Assembly (NCBI GenBank): GCA_030704615.1
Contig: CM060731.1
Span: forward strand, 69,378,001-69,442,000
Direction: 5' to 3'
Source of the DNA: Takakia lepidozioides
Taxonomy: Eukaryota > Plantae > Bryophyta
DNA: 64,000 bases
Shown: in pieces, positions 57,260 to 64,000 of the stretch
Layout: every line of letters starts with the position of its first letter
Position numbering within the stretch: position 1 is the stretch's first letter
The notes under the pieces: generated by a model
What the model saw: the letters and a program-made list of their open reading frames with translations, nothing else
Told to the model about the DNA's origin: nothing
Databases searched by the model: none
Made by a program: the position numbers and the translations under genes

Positions 57260-57523
57260 ATGATTTCAGGAAGGAAACCTGTGATGGCCGATCGGCGGAC
57301 TGTGGTAGCGACAAAAGTCTCGGCGCAAGACTTGAAAAATGTCAGGAGTTTTGGTGGAAAGATACGTCCATATGTTGTGGCTTGGATATATCCTAGCCAA
57401 CGCAAGTTACAGACAACAGAGGATCCAAATGGAGATGTGAACCCCCGTTGGAATTACAGAATGATACTTGCCCCTTATGAGTATGCCATGAAGCAGGGGG
57501 AAAGTGAAGCTCAGCCACGATGA
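57260..57523 (+). pseudogene. SRC2/BAP-like C2 domain N-terminal fragment
   Basis: VSAQDLKNVRSFGGKIRPYVVAWIYP...TTEDPNGDVNPRWN; ends prematurely. Confidence 0.65.
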
Positions 57524-59501
57524 TTTCTGATCACTCCAATCGCAAACAGGCTAAGCGGCAATCACTCAAGGACCAATCCTTACGACACTTCCACAGCTGT
57601 GAGCAACCTGGATAATTCCCAAATCCCAGCACCACAATATTGGAGTTGCTACCAACAAGTCTGAGGGTCTGAGAGGGTATCCTCAATCTAGTAAGCCACA
57701 TGGATATTCCAACAGTGCAGATGATCTCGCTGTCGAAGACACGGGAAATCTTATACATCAACAACCCAGCTATTAACGTAGAATCTGGGTAAACGCGTGT
57801 TGATTCGTGGAGGACTGGATCAACACCGCGCCTCCCTCACTTCACTCCTCGACCTTGACTCTTCTCTCAAATTCCTCGCCTTCTTGGCAATTATTGGATT
57901 TTGAAAGACGGGTTTTTTTCTTCTAGCTAGGTAGACTCGACTACCTTGACAGTGTGCTGTCCAGTTGTTTTTTTTCATTTTTCAAAAATCACAGGTGTCA
58001 CGGGTGAATTCTATAAGCACCCACGTGGTAAGAAAAGTCATATTCGGTGGCCCGTGGCACGTTTTAACTGGTCCACAATGTCAAAATCAGGCTCCTGATA
58101 TAACCTTTTGAGTTTCTAGTTACTTGGAGGCCCCGCGCTCTGCATGCACCTCTACTATTGTCACTTCTTGGACGGCATGTGCATCTTATTGCAATCTCAT
58201 AATCTATCTTTTCTTTCTGACCTGTTTATGGTGTAATCATGGTGAGTACTTTATGAATCAATCTTGCAAATCTCAGATTAATCTAAAGAGATCACGAGCG
58301 AATGAGATTACGCGAGGGACTTGGCTTTATGGGCTGGACCCACTCCAAGCTTTGCATGTGCCATGCTAGTTGAAGACAAAAGACTCCAGGCTACGTTAGA
58401 TTCTCCAATACACACATTTAAATTCTTCATGTTAGGATGTGGTCATCGTGGAGACGGAGATGGCCCAAAGCGATCGAGTACATATATAAGGTATACCGTA
58501 ATTAGCAAGTGCGCCTTTGAACAAGGGGAACCTCTAAGATTTTGTTTCATTGCTGAAAGCTAAGGTGAAAGGTCTGCTTGGAAAGTGGAGAATTTTGATC
58601 ACATAGATCTAAGATCAATCCGAGTTATACAATTGGAACTCTTACAAATAGAGATTACTTGTTCGTAGCGTACTGGGAGCATTACCCTCGGGCCTCACAG
58701 TTAAATTCGGATAGCACTGGTTTAGGAGGAGTGGTCGTGACCAGTAATGTTCAGTGCTATAAATTGTGGAGCCTGCTGAAGAGACCAGCCCATGGGAAGC
58801 TGCTCCTTCTATTTGAACGGAACTTGCAGAGTCTATTCCAGAACTGAGGGCGTAAAAAACCATTGAAGAGCCCAAAGATCCAGAGCCTGCCCAAAACACC
58901 ACAGCTCCACTCCCAAATCAATGACCCGCCTACGTACACGCCCCAGTAACTTACTACTTCAATGGACAATCTAGCATCAAAAAAAGAAACAGAGAAGAAA
59001 GTTTCACTGTCCCCTGTTTAAGCAAAAACACAAAAAGAAAGAAAAAGTAAAGAAAAAGACTGATATAGGATTTATGTGGATATTAAGAAATGCTAAAGAG
59101 CAGTTTCTCTTAAAATTGTTACATAAAATTAATAAATATATTCTTAAAAATATTATGTTGGTAGTAAAAGAATCCCTATTTTTGTGTGGTTTTATCTTGT
59201 TATGTTATAATTGGACCGAGTAGATAATCGTGATATATCTAAAGTTAAGTATAAAATTAGAAAAAGAAGATAAAGTTGATGAGAGGTTGCTAATTGCGAC
59301 AGCAAAGAGTGAGAGTTGCAGGTACAAACCCTCGGCTCCTTCCTCACTACGCAGACGTCTTGTTGTTTTCCGAGTGGAGTTTCTAGATCTCTCTTCACAG
59401 ATCACACGTGGTAGAATTCTCTGTAGATTCGAGGAGAAACCTGGAGAAGTTCGTTGATAGAAAGGGCACAGGTAGTTGGGTTGGTTAGATCAGTGCGAGG
59501 A

Positions 59502-59993
59502 ATGGCTCACGCGTGTTCGATGGTTGGAAGTATGAGTACTGTACAACGATTGAGCAAGAGCTCATTCCGAGGAGAAGCACTTTCCAATTCCACTCCAAAC
59601 CATTTTGCTGGAGTAAGTTGGGGACAAGAGACGAGGAGCGGTGTAAGTTATCGCGGTGGTTTGGTAGCGAGAGCGAACGGAGATTGTTTTAAAACTTTGG
59701 GAGTAGGTCCAAGTGCATCTAAGACGGAGATCAAGAAAGCATATCGCCTCCTCGCCCTTCAATTTCACCCGGATGTGTGCAAGGGCGAGGACTGCGAGAA
59801 GAAGTTTCAACAAATTCATAGAGCTTACGAGGATCTTCTTCATGGGAAAGCATGGGAATTTCAGGATGTCGAGGATGACAGCTTCATGGGAGTTGGAGAC
59901 AATTCTTGGGAGGACTTTGAGGACTGGATGGGATGGGAAGGTGCTGGAACGCTTGACTACTCCAACCACATCAACCGCGATTTTTGCAACTAG
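59502..59993 (+). CDS. Chloroplast small J-domain protein, J8 (DJC22)-like
   Basis: Ser/Arg-rich transit-like N-terminus, J domain with HPD, C-terminal WEDFEDWMGWEGAG...DYSNHIN characteristic of J8; intronless; G-box CACGTG at 59405-59410. Confidence 0.9.
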   Translation: MAHACSMVGSMSTVQRLSKSSFRGEALSNSTPNHFAGVSWGQETRSGVSYRGGLVARANGDCFKTLGVGPSASKTEIKKAYRLLALQFHPDVCKGEDCEKKFQQIHRAYEDLLHGKAWEFQDVEDDSFMGVGDNSWEDFEDWMGWEGAGTLDYSNHINRDFCN

Positions 59994-61560
59994 CCATTCA
60001 AATGTCCCTCCTCCATCCGCCCGTGTTTCCTTGTCAGTAACATGTAAAATATGGCTGACTTCAATGGGGACGTCCTTTTTGTCAACCCAACTAGGGAGCA
60101 GTTGTTGGTAGACGCTCTGCATCAAATCGATGTTTTACAACCCAAACAGCATGCATGCAATCCGGCAACTTCAGCTTCGGAGGCGAAATTTTTCGTAGTC
60201 ATCACGCAATTGTAGCGCCACATTAGACGCCCTTGAACGGGAGTTGTGGGTACAGAATTCTGTTCACGAGGCTCGATGAAAAAGCCGCAGTGGGAAAAAA
60301 ATGACCCATCATACCGTACGTAGATTTGTACATAGGGAAAATCATCATTCTTTGATCCAGTGAGCAGGAGTATTCCCTGCAATTTAAACACTGGAAAGAA
60401 AGCAGCTCTGAGTGCGCTCGAATTAAGTTTAACTATTTTTTGAATCTCTCCCACCTTGCATGATCACGATTGTTTCTCAATTTTCCTCTTGCCTTGCAAC
60501 ATTTGAATTGCTTGGTTGCCGGTTGCATAACTGGAGTCAGATTGTTTATTCAAGTTCAGATTTGTATTATTCGCATGATTCAACGATTGCTGATGATGTG
60601 GAGAAGTTTGCAACAATCTCTGTGCACTGTATCGCTCCATCACAAAGATCATAAGCCGTTAAAAATCCAGGGGCCAAGAAGTTTTGATAAAGTAGAACTC
60701 AAGTTTACCATAAACAGCGAATCTATATAGTAATCAATCATTCAAAAAACCTGTCACCTTCACCCTTCACTCGGGCCATTCCTTCGGTTTATGAATTTTA
60801 TGCCCAGGGCCTAGGGTTTGTGTGAGCTGAGAAACACTTGCAGAAATGGATTCGGCATCTGATCTGCTGGTCCCGAGGTCTTCAGATAGGGAGGTTAATA
60901 GTATGAAGGAGGTCAGCTACTTTCAAAGGCTCTGCTCGCAGTGGTAGCTGCGGTTGTGCTCAGCCTGATCTTGCAGCTGTTTCGTGAAAGAAAGGTGGAG
61001 AGATTAAGACACTCCACGGAGTTTTGACATAATCTTTATGGACTCAAACAAAACATCGGCTGGCCCCTTATCGGCCGCATGCCGAAATATATGCAAGGTG
61101 TGCACGTTCAACACAATTGATCAGTCCTTCAAGATCGCCCGAGACGAGGATTTGGTGAGCAGGCATTTTCGGAATCGACCCAGACCTGTTACCACTTCAA
61201 AGTTGACGGTTTAATCACAACTTGTAATATCGTTCCCTCATTCTACATCTAGATACAGATTAGTTTGTGAAAGTAACGTAATCTTCCTGCTACATTACAA
61301 GCATACATGTTGTCTTAAGTAATTCGTCTTCTTATGCACACAGAAGCTTGCATTGCCTTCCTGAAGAGTTGTAAAGGTCGGCTCCAGACCAGAGATGGTT
61401 TTATGACAACGAAGGTCATGCTGTTTAGGCTGTTAGGCACTCAACTATGGACAGCCTAAACAGCACTCTTCAGTCGTGCTGGGTTTTGAATAGAGCCCAG
61501 GGCCAATACCCGCAACGAGAAGAGGCTCTTATTTACCCTGACTTCCGGTAACTTGGCGTC

Positions 61561-61586
61561 ATATATATATATATATATATATATAT
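61561..61586. repeat. (AT)13 microsatellite
   Basis: Directly visible. Confidence 0.95.
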
Positions 61587-62789
61587 GTCTCTCCGTTTGC
61601 TCTAATTTTACTTTTCAAGGGTAGATTTTTTCACAAATAAATACCCTAGCTACCGTAGTGGGATAGCCGGCTAGGCACTTGCCTGCCTAATAATTATTTT
61701 TGGGACCATTTGGCAGTTAGGCACGTTTGAGAATTGTTTTTAAATTGGGCATCTTGGATGTGTAATTTTTTCAAATTAGGCAATTAAAAATAATGATCAC
61801 AAAATGAGAACACAAAAATATAAAAATACAGCCGCTGCCATGGATGAAAATTGAAAACTGAGTCCATGGATGACGTTTTAAATGAAAACTCAGCCGCTGC
61901 CATGGATGCAAATTGAAAACTGAGTCCATGGATGATGTTTTAAATGAATATCATTCTAAATGGATGTAATTTTTAGATTTATTTTCTATCTCATAGTTTT
62001 TAATTTAAATTCAAGTTTTTATACCATAGGCACTTTTAGAGAATTTTTTAAAAATTAGGCACTCTTTGAAGATATACTTTAAGGAAGACTATAGGAATAA
62101 TGTAAGAACTTAATGGACGCGTGTGATCTGACGGTACTTTCGCCCGATTCCGGCAGCCTAGGCTCCTCCGGCAGGGCCCTGTCAAATCCTCCCCACCCTC
62201 TCTTACCTCGGTTTCACTATTAAATTCTAGCGATGACCGAAGGTCGGAAGCTAGTTTAGTGTAGAGCAGGAATAGGGTGCCATAGTGCCACATCATCGTC
62301 ACCATGTCATCGTCGCCACGTTTCGTCGTCAAATTCTGTCGAGTCTGCCCGAACTGCCCGCCCGAGAAACGCGAATAGAACTCGTCACGCTAGTTTTTCG
62401 AAACTGCCCAACCTGCCCGTTTCTTGATTTCTTGAACCGCAAGAGGGGTTTCACAGGCCGATCGCGATTCGCAGACGTTGGAGACGTTCACAGATTGTGC
62501 GTACCCAATAGGAGCTCTCGCACATGGTGGGACAACCACAATTGCAAGGTGTCGCTTTTCTTAATGTGCGATGTGAAAAAGTTTGTCCATCCTGCAAATG
62601 TGGGCTCTAGCCAGGTCGCTGCTGCATTGAGGTTGACAACAGAGTGCACACCTTCGTTGTAGATGACAAGTTGCATCCCAGAAGTAAGGAAATCATACTG
62701 AGCTGAGAAGATTGTCTGGGTGGACAAGTAACTGCCGATGTGGCAACAGGAAAGTATTCAAAAACAAATAACAACAATGTGGCTAAATG

Positions 62790-63185
62790 AACTGTGGTGC
62801 CGCGGAACGCCATGGTTATGCACAACAGGGCCGTGGGATGGAGGCTTTGGAGACCTATGAGTAAAAGATGGTGGAAGGGGTGAAGCCCGACCACATCACG
62901 ACTGTGCGTTTGCAAGCCTGGCAGCCCTGGAAAAGGGCAAAGAGGTGCATGGTTGCATCGCAAAAGCAGGAATTGTACCAGATGTGATTATGAACAATAC
63001 TCTCGTGGACATGTATGAAAAATGTGGGTGCATCGAGGATACGGAGGGAGTGTTTGACAGTATGGCTGAACGAGATTTGGTGTCGTGGAGTGCGATGATT
63101 GCAGGGTATGCACAACAAGGGCGCGGGATGGAGGCTTTGGAGACCTATGAGCAAATGATGGGGGAAGCGGTGAACCCTGGCAACA
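62790..63185 (+). pseudogene. PLS-class PPR pseudogene fragment interrupted by an LTR
   Basis: NTLVDMYEKCGCIEDTEGVFDSMAERDLVSWSAMIAGYAQQGRGMEAL; upstream repeat has a stop and deletions; cut at 63186. Confidence 0.85.
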
Positions 63186-64000
63186 TGTCGCGGCCCTTTG
63201 CCTTGAGGGCAGGGGGTCGGGACACATGAGGGGCTGCCCCTGTGGTGGGGGCAGCGGCAGCGATAGGTATGGGGGGCTGAAGCACCCTTGAGTGCCCAAG
63301 GCACTCAAGGAGGCGGAGGCGCTCACTAGGTGGAGCCCCGCACACCGGGTTGCGGTGGGGGTGGCTCCACAAGGGGTGGTGGTAGCTTAGCGGGACTTAG
63401 TGGGGGTGGCATAGGACTCACCATGGGGGCGGAGACCTCGTGGTGGGAGTCGTGGGGAGTCTTGGGACTCATCACGGTCCATAGGGGCCGTGGTGAGCGG
63501 GCCAAGACTCACCGCGACTCATCACCGGGAGTCGAGGGTTTGTGGTGGTTCGCCATAAAATGGCATGGCTGGTTGTGAAACCCCCGCGGACAGCTACAGA
63601 AGTATATATAGGGAGTAGTAACCCCGAGAACGGTGCAAGCCCGTTGGTGACCAAAAACTAGTGAGTAAGCGAGCGAGCCGGAAAGCGACCAAAGAGTGGG
63701 GAGCTGTTCCGGACTGCCAACTACCAAAGGGAATTCCCGCTGGTTCCAAATAGGTGGAGGGTTCTTTGGGAGAACAAAGGGGGACCGTTATGCCCCGGTG
63801 AGCAGCCGAAGCTCCAAGTTGGCCCGGCGGCCAGGTTGGGAGTCAGGCGCGCGCATCAAAGCGAGTAACTATGACTTGAGGGGGAGCTTACCGAAGTGAG
63901 GTGCGCGACACTTGGTATCAGAGCTTAGAGTTCAGTACGCGATCGTCCTTGGGATTGGCCTCATCATGGGGTCGGGCAAGCCGAAGCGAAAGCGGAACGG
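63186..64000 (+). mobile_element. 5' LTR (63186-63910) and iMet PBS of an LTR retrotransposon running off the window
   Basis: TGTCGCG...CGCGACA termini; TATATA near 63604; PBS TGGTATCAGAGC at 63913-63924; predicted TSD CAACA. Confidence 0.85.

Noticed and set aside
59562-60125. 187-aa minus-strand ORF
   Set aside because: Antisense shadow of the J-domain gene.
60812-61100. Small spliced gene after a telo-box (TAGGGTTT), MDSASDLL...
   Set aside because: In-frame stop early in the putative second exon and no recognisable homology.

Overview
Land-plant nuclear DNA (spliceosomal introns, PLS-type PPR remnant; a non-seed plant is my guess, not established). Host genes: an 11-exon small purple acid phosphatase (1.5-7.1 kb, +), an 11-exon TDY-type group D MAP kinase (10.2-15.7 kb, -), an intronless chloroplast J8-type DnaJ gene (59.5-60.0 kb, +), and SRC2-like C2 and PPR remnants. 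The centre (21.8-55.4 kb) is a nested transposon block. A Copia element is interrupted in its protease DSGA motif (5-bp TSD) by a Gypsy-type element whose pol carries a C5-cytosine DNA methyltransferase and a PHD finger, and whose ends show only a 10-bp inverted repeat with no LTR pair I can find. The gag of that element is interrupted (9-10-bp TSD) by an 11.2-kb non-TIR Mutator-like DNA transposon. Besides its transposase, the transposon carries a divergent multi-exon gene fusing a ParB/Srx-like domain to a beta-class N4C/N6A methyltransferase-like domain, plus 18 GTYRAC-centred palindromes in three non-coding clusters of six. A clean 7.08-kb inversion later flipped part of the nest. A second Copia (with a LINE filler) and an LTR inserted in a PPR pseudogene follow. 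Best candidate for a new system: the MULE with its ParB-methyltransferase gene and cognate palindrome arrays. All calls were made by eye, without database searches.
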